Part shown: positions 10,114-23,196 of the stretch, piece after piece
How positions within the stretch are numbered: the first letter of the stretch is position 1
Layout: every line of letters starts with the position of its first letter
NCBI GenBank assembly: GCA_937922745.1
Contig: CALAJO010000037.1
Span: 1,240-65,239, forward strand
Direction of reading: 5' to 3'
Length of the DNA stretch: 64,000 nt
DNA from: an uncultured cyanobacterium
GTDB lineage: Bacteria; Cyanobacteriota; Vampirovibrionia; Vampirovibrionales; JAGQHJ01
Made by a program: the position numbers and the translations under genes
The notes under the pieces: generated by a model
Told to the model about the DNA's origin: nothing
Databases searched by the model: none
What the model saw: the letters and a program-made list of their open reading frames with translations, nothing else

Positions 10114-10869
10114 TTATAAAATCCTTAAATCGTTGATGACGCCGGACGCAACAAGCCGGATGTACAGATCGGTGAAGCCCACCGTAAACAAGCTAATCCA
10201 GGCCCATCTCATGTGGTTTTCGTTAATAATGGAGACGCGGGACCAGGCGCCATGCTTCAGCTTGGACATCTTGTCGCAGGAGAAGCAATCTTCTTTCCCA
10301 CCCACAATGTGTCGCCAGGAGTGGCAGGAGAAGGTATACAGCCCCAGGAAAATCACGTTGGCCACCATAATCAGCGTGCCCACGCCAATCCCAAACCGAC
10401 CATCGAAGTTAAAGGCCAGCAGGGCATCGTATGTCAGGATAAGGATGAAGATAGCCGCAAAGTAGAAGAAGTAGCGGTGCAGGTTTTGCAAGATAAACGG
10501 GAACTTGGTTTCGCCCGTATAGGTGCCGCCTTTTTGGGCCGGGCCAACGGCACAACCGGGCGGGCTCATAAAATAAGCCCGGTAATAGGCTTTGCGGTAG
10601 TAATAACAAGTGGCGCGAAACAGCAGCGGGAACGGCAGGATGAGAAATGCCGGCGACAACGGAAACCACGGCGCATTGATATGCGGTGAGTAAAAGGGAG
10701 ACAGGTACGGCCCCCATTCAAAATTGGTGCCTTGAAACGCCGCCCAAGTAGCGTAAATACCAAACAAGCCCAGCCCCAAGCCGGAAAGTAGCGGCTCGAT
10801 CCACCAGCTATCCCGTCTTTCCGTTTGGCCCAGCTTATCGTTGATTGCCATCGACCTGGAATTTGCCAT
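10114..10869 (-). CDS. sdhC: Succinate dehydrogenase cytochrome b subunit, single-polypeptide diheme 'type B' (b558 family) membrane anchor
   Basis: 251 aa polytopic membrane protein with conserved His-containing helices; immediately upstream of sdhA and sdhB in C-A-B order. Confidence 0.8.
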   Translation of the reverse strand: MANSRSMAINDKLGQTERRDSWWIEPLLSGLGLGLFGIYATWAAFQGTNFEWGPYLSPFYSPHINAPWFPLSPAFLILPFPLLFRATCYYYRKAYYRAYFMSPPGCAVGPAQKGGTYTGETKFPFILQNLHRYFFYFAAIFILILTYDALLAFNFDGRFGIGVGTLIMVANVIFLGLYTFSCHSWRHIVGGKEDCFSCDKMSKLKHGAWSRVSIINENHMRWAWISLFTVGFTDLYIRLVASGVINDLRIL

Positions 10870-11133
10870 AACTGTTCAGCTCCATTCCACAACTGTTTCT
10901 TATCGTTTTCTTGTTATGCTTGTCGCAACAAAAGAGAATGCATTGCATCCCGTGATATGGTAGTACAGGCTACTACAAAAGTATCTGATATATATCAAAT
11001 AAGCCGCAGCAAACTCATTCTTGATAACGCTAGATAATTTGAAACTTACAAGGCAATTTGCAACCTTGAGCTGTTTTACTGTTTTAGTTAAAAGGTTAAC
11101 AGCCCTTGATTGTTTGTTGAAAGGACGATGATT

Positions 11134-11733
11134 ATGAACATTACCCGACTGAATGCCATCCCTCCCCGGCTCAATCCTTCTCGTGTGCAACCCCAAGCCC
11201 GCTTTGGCGTATACGAAAATGACGACGAACACGAGCAACCTGGGGCAGGTAAAAAATTTCCCGGTGGTAACCCTCCTATTATTAATTCTCTTTATGGAGA
11301 GCACCCTTTAAATCTGTTGTTTGGGCCCTCAGGCACTGGCGATGAGCTAAATGTAACAGGTGGTGACAAGGAGTTAATTGCAAAACCGATTGATCCAAAA
11401 AAACTGAATATCAAACCAATTGACTGGACGCACGTTTCATTCATCTTAAAAGCAATAACGCATTCGGAAAAATTACAACAAGCAGCCGCTAGAATGTTTG
11501 AGGGTGATGCACTCAAACCGGATCATGCCAACCAGTATGAGACTGTTATGGGCAAACCGTTCGATCTGGAAGAACAAGCCTTAATGGCTGCGCATCTGCG
11601 TAATGAGGCAACCGATGCTATCCCAGGTTCTGTTGCAACGGCGAGAAAGCGCTTTACGGCTCTCAAAGCAGCTTATCCCGCCCTGCAAGAACATCCAGCC
11701 GTTCGTGCCTTTTCCGAAGAATTGAAATTATAA
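11134..11733 (+). CDS. Hypothetical protein (orphan); start probably at MNIT.. (ORF opens at 11110)
   Basis: AT-rich upstream region, aaaggacg SD 8 nt before the ATG at 11134; no known domain. Confidence 0.5.
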   Translation: MNITRLNAIPPRLNPSRVQPQARFGVYENDDEHEQPGAGKKFPGGNPPIINSLYGEHPLNLLFGPSGTGDELNVTGGDKELIAKPIDPKKLNIKPIDWTHVSFILKAITHSEKLQQAAARMFEGDALKPDHANQYETVMGKPFDLEEQALMAAHLRNEATDAIPGSVATARKRFTALKAAYPALQEHPAVRAFSEELKL

Positions 11734-11842
11734 TCTTTCTGAGTCTAGCCCAACATTCTAAAACCGGCCTCTACGCTCTTATTCCCAGGCCGGTTTTAAT
11801 TATTCTATTCGCATTCGGCGTTTCAATGCGTAAAATAAAACT

Positions 11843-12622
11843 ATGAAGGAATATGTCGTACTCGATTTCCCCGTTCACGTGGATAGTATGCAGGGCTTGC
11901 TGAATAGCCTGCAACTTGGGCTATCCCAGGGGCAGCATCAGCATGTCGTCACGCTCAACCCGGAGATGCTGATGCGTGGCCTGGATGATCCGGGATTTGG
12001 GAAGCTGTTAAAACAAGCCAACTGGGTGCTGCCCGATGGCGCGGGCATTGTTTGGGCCTTAAAGCGAAAAGGCGTGGAAGTGACACGTATCCCCGGCATT
12101 GAATTTTCCGAGGCCTTGATTCGGCAGGCCGTGCAGGACAGGGAGCCGATTGCGCTGATTGGCGCCACACCAGAGGTGAATCGCGCAACGGTAGAGGCGT
12201 TAAAGGAAAAGTACCCGCGGCTGATGATCAGCTACTTTCATCACGGCTTTTTTATCGATGCGGCGGATCGCAGGCGTGTTGCGGAAGAATGTGCCCAAAC
12301 CCATCCGCGTTACGTGTTTGTTGCCTTAGGTGTTCCCGGCCAGGAGCTGTGGATTGACGAATTCCGGCCCCTGTTCGATACGCCTGCGGCATTCGTTGGG
12401 GTGGGCGGCAGTTTCGATATCTGGAGCCAGACCAAGAAGCGGGCGCACCCGCTTTTTCTCAAGCTCAACCTGGAGTGGCTGTGGCGCATCACTTCCGAGC
12501 CGTACCGCATTAAACGGGTGTATAAAACTTTGCCCATGTTTGTTGTAAAAGTACTATTACATGACAAGAAGCCAGTAAAGACTGATGAGTACCACCATGC
12601 CCAACCCAACTCCCCAAATTGA
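11843..12622 (+). CDS. WecB/TagA/CpsF-family glycosyltransferase (N-acetylmannosaminyl/ManNAcA transferase family)
   Basis: LNPEM...VLPDGAG[IV]VWA...IPG.E motifs of the WecG/TagA family; 259 aa. Confidence 0.8.
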   Translation: MKEYVVLDFPVHVDSMQGLLNSLQLGLSQGQHQHVVTLNPEMLMRGLDDPGFGKLLKQANWVLPDGAGIVWALKRKGVEVTRIPGIEFSEALIRQAVQDREPIALIGATPEVNRATVEALKEKYPRLMISYFHHGFFIDAADRRRVAEECAQTHPRYVFVALGVPGQELWIDEFRPLFDTPAAFVGVGGSFDIWSQTKKRAHPLFLKLNLEWLWRITSEPYRIKRVYKTLPMFVVKVLLHDKKPVKTDEYHHAQPNSPN

Positions 12623-13496
12623 ACGGGCTTCGCGCCCCCGCCCCACCGTGGAAGAGTTACAGGAAATTACCCGCAAGCTGAGAGTTGATACGCTCAACAT
12701 GATTTTCGAGGCCCAATCCGGGCATCCGGGAAGCTCCTTCTCTTGTATCGATATCCTTACCTGCCTCTGGTCCTATGTAATGAAGCACGACGTGAATCAC
12801 CCGGACTGGGCGGATCGCGATCGCTTCGTAATGTCCAAAGGGCATGGCGCGCCGGCGTTGTATGCCGTGCTGATGCACGAAGGCTACATCCCGCGGGAAG
12901 AAATCCATACCCTGCGCCAGGTTCACTCTAACCTGCAAGGGCACCCGGCATCCAAGTATGTTAAAGGGGTGGATGTCTCTACCGGCTCTTTGGGGCAAGG
13001 GCTTTCCGCCGCCATTGGGATGGCGTTGGGCCTTCGGTTAAACAACAGCCCCGCGCATGTTTACTGCCTCATCGGCGATGGCGAGGCGCAGGAAGGCCAG
13101 ATTTGGGAAGCGGCTCTTAGCGGCGCCGGGCACAAGCTCCACAACCTCACCGCCATCTGCGATCGGAATACCTTGCAGATTGACGGCTGCACGGAAAACA
13201 TCAAGCCCTTGGGCGATATCGGGCGAAAATTCGATGCCTTTAACTGGCACGTCATTGAGATTCCCGGTCACGACTTCAACAAAATCTTCGAGGCGCTGGA
13301 CTACGCCAAGCAATACAGCAACCAGAACCATGTGCCCACCATGATTGTGGCCCACACCACCAAGGGCAAGGGCGTTTCCTTTATGGAAAACCAGGCGGGC
13401 TGGCATGGCAAAGCCCCCAATGCAGAACAAATGGAGCTGGCATTAAAGGATCTGGCGCCGGAAACCTATTTTAAACGCTTACAGGAGGCGCAATAG
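12585..13496 (+). CDS. tktA: Transketolase, N-terminal (TPP-binding) subunit of split transketolase
   Basis: GHPGSS, SKGHGAPALYA, GDGE..EG motifs; 303 aa; start may be the second ATG at 12597. Confidence 0.9.
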   Translation: MSTTMPNPTPQIERASRPRPTVEELQEITRKLRVDTLNMIFEAQSGHPGSSFSCIDILTCLWSYVMKHDVNHPDWADRDRFVMSKGHGAPALYAVLMHEGYIPREEIHTLRQVHSNLQGHPASKYVKGVDVSTGSLGQGLSAAIGMALGLRLNNSPAHVYCLIGDGEAQEGQIWEAALSGAGHKLHNLTAICDRNTLQIDGCTENIKPLGDIGRKFDAFNWHVIEIPGHDFNKIFEALDYAKQYSNQNHVPTMIVAHTTKGKGVSFMENQAGWHGKAPNAEQMELALKDLAPETYFKRLQEAQ

Positions 13497-13497
13497 C

Positions 13498-14469
13498 ATG
13501 GCAACCTTATCCCCGGCAATTAACCTGGAAAAACCCGAAAAAGAAGCCCTTCGGGTGCAGTTTGGCAAAACCCTGGCCGAGCTTGGCGCGCAAAACCCGG
13601 ATATCGTGGTGCTGGATGCGGATCTCGCATGCTCAACCATGACGAAGTACTTTGCCGACGCCTTCCCGGATCGGTTTTTTAACCAGGGCATCTCCGAGGC
13701 GGACATGATGTGTACCGCCGCAGGGCTCGCCAGCGTGGGGAAGATCCCGTTCGTCAGCACGTTTGCCCTGTTCGCCTCCGGCCGCGCCTGGGATCAGGTG
13801 CGCAACACCATTTGCTATTCCAACCTCAACGTTAAAATCTGCCCCACACATAGCGGCATCAGCCTGGGGGAAGATGGCGCAAGCCACCAATCCATCGAGG
13901 ATATCGCGCTGATGCGGGTCATCCCGAACATGACCGTTGTGGTGCCTTCCGACGCCGTGGAAACCGATCACGTGATCCGCTGGGCGGCAGCGCATGACGG
14001 CCCCATGTATGTCCGCCTGGTTCGTCCGAACCACGCCGTTATTCATGACAAGGCCACATATCAATTCGAACCCTTTAAGATTGAGCTGATGCGCGAAGGA
14101 AAAGACGTTACCCTGTGCGGTACCGGAGAAACCGTTTACCATGCGTTGCTGGCCGCCAAATGGCTTTCGGAGCGGGACGGCATTGAGGCGGACGTCCTGA
14201 ACTGCGCTTTTATCAAGCCGTTTGATGTGGACACGTTGGTTCAGAGCGCCCGGAAAACCGGCAAGGTTGTTACGGTGGAGAGCCACCAGTTTATTGCCGG
14301 GCTTGGCGGCGCCGTGTGCGAAGTCCTTAGCGAGCATCATCCCACGCCGGTCAAGCGCATCGGCACGATGGATCAATTTGGGCAAAGCGGAAAACCGGAC
14401 GATCTCTTCCGAGAATACGGCCTGGACGCCCAATCCATCTACGAGTCCGTTAAAGCCTTTATGCGGTAA
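13498..14469 (+). CDS. tktB: Transketolase, C-terminal (pyrimidine-binding/C-terminal domain) subunit
   Basis: Starts 2 nt after the N-subunit stop; 323 aa with FNQGISEADMM...THSGISLGEDGASHQ motifs. Confidence 0.9.
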   Translation: MATLSPAINLEKPEKEALRVQFGKTLAELGAQNPDIVVLDADLACSTMTKYFADAFPDRFFNQGISEADMMCTAAGLASVGKIPFVSTFALFASGRAWDQVRNTICYSNLNVKICPTHSGISLGEDGASHQSIEDIALMRVIPNMTVVVPSDAVETDHVIRWAAAHDGPMYVRLVRPNHAVIHDKATYQFEPFKIELMREGKDVTLCGTGETVYHALLAAKWLSERDGIEADVLNCAFIKPFDVDTLVQSARKTGKVVTVESHQFIAGLGGAVCEVLSEHHPTPVKRIGTMDQFGQSGKPDDLFREYGLDAQSIYESVKAFMR

Positions 14470-15835
14470 CGGAAAGCTCCTGCATTTTATTTAAGGGATC
14501 GAGCTTAAGGTAACGGCAATACACCTCGTACAAGCCATCCTTGCCGTCATTCGTTTTACGGCTGCTGACATCGTAAATGGATTGCGGATTTTCCATAAAC
14601 ATCTCGCACATCGTTACAATGAAGAAGTGGGATGGATGCTCTTTCTCAAATGCATACTCTCGCCATTGGTCCGGTACACATCCCTTGGGATTGAGGTTAA
14701 TGTTATTGTAAATTCGGTCTCTCTCAGCCAGAAAGATTTGAGCATCCTGTCGATTCATATCATCGGGATAGGCTGCCATATTACCTAGCAACGTATGCCC
14801 AAACTCATGGGTGATAATATCGTAATTGTTAGTAGGATATCCAAAGCCTCCATTCCAAAGATTCCGTCCTGTCAAGGTAATGCAATGCCTGTCAGTAAAA
14901 TAGCTCCCGCCAAAAGGATGCTTTCCTTCTGGAACATAATTGGTATTAACGTAAAACTGAAGCGGCATTTTAGGAGAAAACCATCCTGTCGCTCGTTGAC
15001 TATGCTTACGCCAGAGATCCATCCGGTTCTGTAACATTTCCCCACCAATTTTTGCCGCAATAATAAACATGGTTGATGGATCCAGCGTTGTCGTTTGCCG
15101 CCCTGGGTAATAGCTGTGTTTGTCCAAATCAGTTTTACCCATATAGTCAAATTGGGAGTCCATTTTGAAGCGTCCGGAATTTTGTTTCAGATGCTGATAG
15201 ATCTCATTACACCGGTCAAAATAGTTTCGCAGCGCCAATTTTTGCTGCCGTTGAGTAGAGAAACCTTCTCCGCTCATAATTTTGGCAAGCAACGGCAATC
15301 CATCCACAAAAGCGATGCTCGCATGCTGCATCGCTTTGTAATCACTGGCGTTCTCAGCATGCCGAGCGACCTGAAACAGGTAATTAAAATAAGCTCGCCT
15401 TTCAAATGCGGAAGCATAGGATTTGGAGACACTTTCTAATTCTGTTATGCCTTCATCTGCCATGATTTGGCTTTGAAAGTGTGCGACTTGCTGTTGATAC
15501 TCCGGAGAAATTTTCATATCCGAAATACCTTTGCCCCAGTTATGTTTACAGGTACTTGTTTTTACATAAATCTTGGGATGGCTGTGATTAGGTTCTGGTT
15601 GTCTTGAATAAGCGACGGGCAATGCCGCTGCTGAGAGTAAGGCAGCCATCCCTTTTAAGAAGTTCCTACGGGACAAGCCCCATCGAATTTGACCAATATG
15701 ATGGGGTTCTGCAGCAATCGGCTTGGCCCCCCTGTAAGCAGGCCGGGCAACCGCAGGTTGCACACTGGGCAAAGTGGAATAATGCTGCCGTATTGATACG
15801 TTGAATACCAATATAACCCATCCCTCCTTCTGCAT
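14459..15835 (-). CDS. Tat-exported zinc metallopeptidase-like protein (HEFGH motif)
   Basis: Twin-arginine motif SRRNFLKGMAALLSAAAL near the N-terminus; HExxH (ITHEFGHTLLG) in the C-terminal half; exact start uncertain. Confidence 0.6.
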   Translation of the reverse strand: MQKEGWVILVFNVSIRQHYSTLPSVQPAVARPAYRGAKPIAAEPHHIGQIRWGLSRRNFLKGMAALLSAAALPVAYSRQPEPNHSHPKIYVKTSTCKHNWGKGISDMKISPEYQQQVAHFQSQIMADEGITELESVSKSYASAFERRAYFNYLFQVARHAENASDYKAMQHASIAFVDGLPLLAKIMSGEGFSTQRQQKLALRNYFDRCNEIYQHLKQNSGRFKMDSQFDYMGKTDLDKHSYYPGRQTTTLDPSTMFIIAAKIGGEMLQNRMDLWRKHSQRATGWFSPKMPLQFYVNTNYVPEGKHPFGGSYFTDRHCITLTGRNLWNGGFGYPTNNYDIITHEFGHTLLGNMAAYPDDMNRQDAQIFLAERDRIYNNINLNPKGCVPDQWREYAFEKEHPSHFFIVTMCEMFMENPQSIYDVSSRKTNDGKDGLYEVYCRYLKLDPLNKMQELSVTA

Positions 15836-15939
15836 TCTCCCTCATATAAAACAAGACGCAGGCAAAAATTGCCTTACCCTGTAGGAGAGTAACTGAACAG
15901 GCCCTATGTAGCGGATGTCAGCTCCTTCACAAATTTAAG

Positions 15940-15965
15940 AGCCAGGAATCATGAATTCCTGGCTC
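15940..15965 (-). terminator. Hairpin terminator 3' of pilin copy 1 (gagccaggaat tcatg attcctggctc)
   Basis: Inverted repeat about 30 nt after the pilin stop. Confidence 0.5.
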
Positions 15966-15996
15966 TCTGGTTGTGTCCTGTTGAAAAGGGGCTGAA

Positions 15997-16683
15997 TTAG
16001 CTGGAGAGGCGGACGCCTGCACCGGATTGTGCGTTGCCGAGCGTGCCCACTGCACCGCCCATAACGCTACCGTTGGCGTTGTAGATGCCCTGGTTATCGT
16101 TGCCCCAGAAGAAGGCTTTCTGGCCGTCACGCGGGGTAAAGGCTGCGCCGGCGGCGTCAAAGTCGCCCCACTGGTTAAAGTTGCCCACAAAGATGTCTTG
16201 TCCGGCCTGGTTGGGGTTGGACGCGCCGTTAAAGTCGATACAAAGCATGGTGTTGGCGGCGGCTGCCGGGGTCACGGTCATGGTTGCGCCCGAGGAGAGA
16301 CCGGTGACGACGACGCCGTTAGGCAGTTGGAACCAACCGCTTTGAAATCCGGATGTGCCGCCACACGGGTGTCCGCCTGCGACACCGTTGAGTGGGCTGC
16401 CGGCGGCATCCACGTTCGCGGTGTTGGAAGCATTGGTAAAGTTAAGTGTGGGGACGATGTTGTTGTACAGGGTGCCGGTTGCGCCCACGGTTAACTGGTT
16501 TTGCATTTGCCTGCCGTAATAAGCCTGTTCCAGGGTAGAGACGGTTTCCCGGATTTTGGCGGTGGCTTCGGTGGTGCCTGCGGCTTGTAAAACCTTTGGT
16601 ATGGTAAAAGCAGCGATGATACCCAGCAGAGCCAAGGCGATCAAAAGTTCCGCCAACGTAAAGCCCTTTTGTGCTGTCCTCAT
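15997..16683 (-). CDS. pilA: Type IV pilin (prepilin with leader MRTAQKG|FTLAELLIALALLGIIAAF), copy 1
   Basis: Canonical class III signal G|FTLxE plus hydrophobic alpha-1; GGAGGAA SD 7 nt upstream of the ATG at 16683 (ORF track extends further 5' to 16734); Gly/Ala/Thr/Asn-rich globular part with two Cys. Confidence 0.85.
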   Translation of the reverse strand: MRTAQKGFTLAELLIALALLGIIAAFTIPKVLQAAGTTEATAKIRETVSTLEQAYYGRQMQNQLTVGATGTLYNNIVPTLNFTNASNTANVDAAGSPLNGVAGGHPCGGTSGFQSGWFQLPNGVVVTGLSSGATMTVTPAAAANTMLCIDFNGASNPNQAGQDIFVGNFNQWGDFDAAGAAFTPRDGQKAFFWGNDNQGIYNANGSVMGGAVGTLGNAQSGAGVRLSS

Positions 16684-16769
16684 TTCGATAGATTCCTCCG
16701 TTGTTCGCATCTGGGATGCAATTCCTTCACACACATGTATTTATTTACTGCTTATCGGCTAAGGCCATT

Positions 16770-16800
16770 AGAAAAAGAGAGTGTCTGAGGCTGATTGTAA
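16770..16800 (-). promoter_or_regulatory. Conserved promoter-proximal block upstream of pilin copy 1 (gaggctgattgtaaaatatctttaca), repeated upstream of copy 2
   Basis: About 28-nt block shared between the two copies' 5' regions; contains TACAAT/TAAAAT-like -10 candidates on the minus strand. Confidence 0.4.
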
Positions 16801-16922
16801 AATATCTTTACATGGACGGGAATAGCAAGCCCGGCTTTATCCGTTGATCAATGGAGCGCCAGGCGACAATGCGTTGTCTGTGATCGGTTACGTAACGTAT
16901 CTGTACCAAATCGTCTGCTTTC

Positions 16923-16955
16923 TATTTAAAAAGCCAGGAAGATGACTTCCTGGCT
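16923..16955 (-). terminator. Intrinsic terminator 3' of pilin copy 2 (gccaggaag tcatc ttcctggc + T5 on the minus strand)
   Basis: Perfect hairpin plus T-run about 25 nt after the stop. Confidence 0.75.
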
Positions 16956-16981
16956 TTTTAATGGATTCAGTCAAGGTTGGC

Positions 16982-17668
16982 TTAACTGGCGAGTCGGATA
17001 CCCGCGCCGGACTGTGCGTTGCCGAGCGTGCCCACTGCACCGCCCATTACGGTTCCGTTGGCGTTGTAGATGCCCTGGTTAGCGTTGCCCCAGAAGAAGG
17101 CTTTCTGGCCGTCACGCGGGGTAAAGGCTGCGCCGGCGGCGTCAAAGTCGCCCCACTGGTTAAAGTTGCCCACAAAGATGTCTTGTCCGGCCTGGTTGGG
17201 GTTGGCTGCGCCGTTAAAGTCGATACAAAGCATGGTGTTGGCGGCGGCTGCCGGGGTCACGCTCATGGTTGCGCCCGAGGAGAGACCGGTGACGACGACG
17301 CCGTTAGGCAGTTGGAACCAACCGCTTTGAAATCCGGATGTGCCGCCACACGGGTGTCCGCCTGCGACACCGTTAAGTGGGCTGCCGGCGGCATCCACGT
17401 TCGCTGTGTTGGAAGCATTGGTAAAGTTAAGTGTAGGGACGATGTTGTTGTACAGGGTGCCGGTTGCGCCCACGGTTAACTGGTTCTGCATTTGCCTGCC
17501 GTAATAAGCCTGTTCCAAGGTAGAGACGGTTTCCCGGATTTTGGCGGTGGCTTCGGTGGTGCCTGCGGCTTGTAAAACCTTTGGTATGGTAAAAGCAGCG
17601 ATGATACCCAGCAGAGCCAAGGCGATCAAGAGTTCCGCCAGCGTAAAGCCCTTTTGTGCTGTCCTCAT
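16982..17668 (-). CDS. pilA: Type IV pilin, copy 2 (about 97% identical to copy 1)
   Basis: Same prepilin leader and SD; a handful of conservative substitutions relative to copy 1. Confidence 0.85.
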   Translation of the reverse strand: MRTAQKGFTLAELLIALALLGIIAAFTIPKVLQAAGTTEATAKIRETVSTLEQAYYGRQMQNQLTVGATGTLYNNIVPTLNFTNASNTANVDAAGSPLNGVAGGHPCGGTSGFQSGWFQLPNGVVVTGLSSGATMSVTPAAAANTMLCIDFNGAANPNQAGQDIFVGNFNQWGDFDAAGAAFTPRDGQKAFFWGNANQGIYNANGTVMGGAVGTLGNAQSGAGIRLAS

Positions 17669-17769
17669 TTCGATAGATTCCTCCGTTGTTGCCATTGCGA
17701 TTCAGCTCCTTAAGACCAACTTTTTCTACATGCCAGGTTATCGACAAAGTTGAACTATGGGAGAGGGTA

Positions 17770-17800
17770 TATGAGGCTGATTTTAAAATATCTTTACAAG
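17770..17800 (-). promoter_or_regulatory. Conserved promoter-proximal block upstream of pilin copy 2
   Basis: Same block as at 16770-16800. Confidence 0.4.
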
Positions 17801-18442
17801 GGCTGGAAGTGTCACGCCCTCTATTTAATTCATCCAGAGGAGAATAATTAAACGAGATAACAACGTGAATAAAGCGGGATATAACAAAAGATATCCTGAA
17901 AAAGACTTGCTAAACCAGGGACGAGGGCGCTTGTTGGCATTGAATGAAAGGAAGGAGAGCGGCAACGAAGGGCTAATCCCTAAGCAGGAATGCAGATACA
18001 GGTGTAACGTCCCTTGAAAAAAGCCATAGAGAAAGGGTTGACAGTATAGTTTAAATGCGATATATTAAAGATATGCAAAAAGGCGCTTGTTCTGGTGTGG
18101 TCGAACGTTGGCCGGTTCAGCGCCGAAGGGTTTCCATTTTTTATCAGACTGATTATTCTTATATCTAATTTATTAGGTTTAATACTGGGTTGTCTGAACG
18201 TCAAGCCCTACCGGGTCTTTTCAGTCGGATTCGGCGGAGGGGATTACTGTATCTTGACGGAATGGCAAGGGTTTTAAGATTTTCAACTGAATTCCATCGT
18301 AACCAGCCGCGTCTTTCCAATAAGGTTACGATGGCAATAGCCAAGCATCCTGGATCCCCAGGAATGCGTTATACCACACTGCGCTTGATAGCAACCCTAT
18401 CAGGCCCATTTTCGCATATCCTTTCGCGAGGCCTCAGCGCCC

Positions 18443-18852
18443 CGTCATTGCGAGCCCGGAATGCAATTCAGACGGTGCAATCTCTCAACTGTAAACCGAG
18501 ATCTGTCCCCTCTCCCGCGCGCGGGGGAGGGCTAGGGTGGGGGCCTCCTCCAACGAAGCTGTTATCTGCTATGCCATCCTCCAAGTCGAAGCCTGGATTC
18601 CCGCCTGCGCGGGAATGACAGCATGAAATAGGGAAATGATGTTAAAAATGGCTTCGTTCATTTTGGTTTGCATCTCAAAATCTCGCAGGCTCTGTCATCC
18701 CCGCGCAGGCGGGGATCCAGTCATCCAGTTGCAAGAGGGAAAGCAGAAACACATGCCCAAGTCTGCAACCCAGCCGAAAGTCCCTCCTCTCCCTTGCCTG
18801 CGCGGGAATGACAGCATGAAATAGGGAAATGATGTTAAAAATGGCTTCGTTC
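18443..18852. repeat. Cluster of REP/MITE-like palindromic elements (variants of GTCATTCCCGCGCAGGCGGGAATGAC) including a 62-bp direct repeat at 18598-18659 and 18791-18852
   Basis: Palindromes at 18443-18475, 18507-18531, 18598-18622, 18691-18720; two nearly identical copies of palindrome-half plus a 45-nt tail. Confidence 0.7.
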
Positions 18853-18911
18853 GTTCATTTTTTAATTGAAGGTATAAAAATGGGTTTGTTTTCTCATTTT
18901 TCGAAAACGCA

Positions 18912-18958
18912 CAAAAACCAAACCCCTCACAACCAGTGTAAGGGGTTTGGAAAAAAAG
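18912..18958 (-). terminator. Intrinsic terminator 3' of ahcY (aaacccctta cactggttgtg aggggttt + T-run on the minus strand)
   Basis: Hairpin plus ggtttttgtg read on the minus strand directly after the ahcY stop. Confidence 0.7.
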
Positions 18959-18977
18959 GATGTTGTTCCAGATGACC

Positions 18978-22969
<3,992 letters not shown>

Positions 22970-23196
22970 ACAATTACCCCTCTACAAGTTGTTGAATACT
23001 ATTACCCTAAGATGCTTATTTAAACAAAAATAATTACCCTTTTTCAAGAAGGAGTTTTTGACCCAAACCACGCCGTTCTTCAGAGGTTTCCATTGCTCGA
23101 ATGAAGATAACGAACGCTGGATTCTGATTGGCTGAGGCAATTTTTATTTTCACGGTCGTTTAATACTTAACGCTTTGAGAAGAAGATGAGAATAAT

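Noticed and set aside
9008-10465. 485-aa + strand ORF antisense to sdhA/sdhC
   Set aside because: Antisense artefact of GC-rich coding DNA
16684-16734. 5'-extended pilin start (MCEGIASQMRTTEESIE...) given in the ORF track, and equivalent at 17669-17695
   Set aside because: The extension contains the SD (GGAGGAA); type IV prepilin leaders are short, so the true start is the ATG of MRTAQKG
18190-18618. 142-aa ORF in the REP-like repeat tract
   Set aside because: Runs through palindromic repeats, Arg/Pro/Ser-rich, no SD; more likely non-coding
18443-18852. Possible CRISPR array
   Set aside because: Repeats are palindromic variants of different length with irregular spacing, only two identical 62-bp copies, and no cas genes; fits REP/MITE-like elements better
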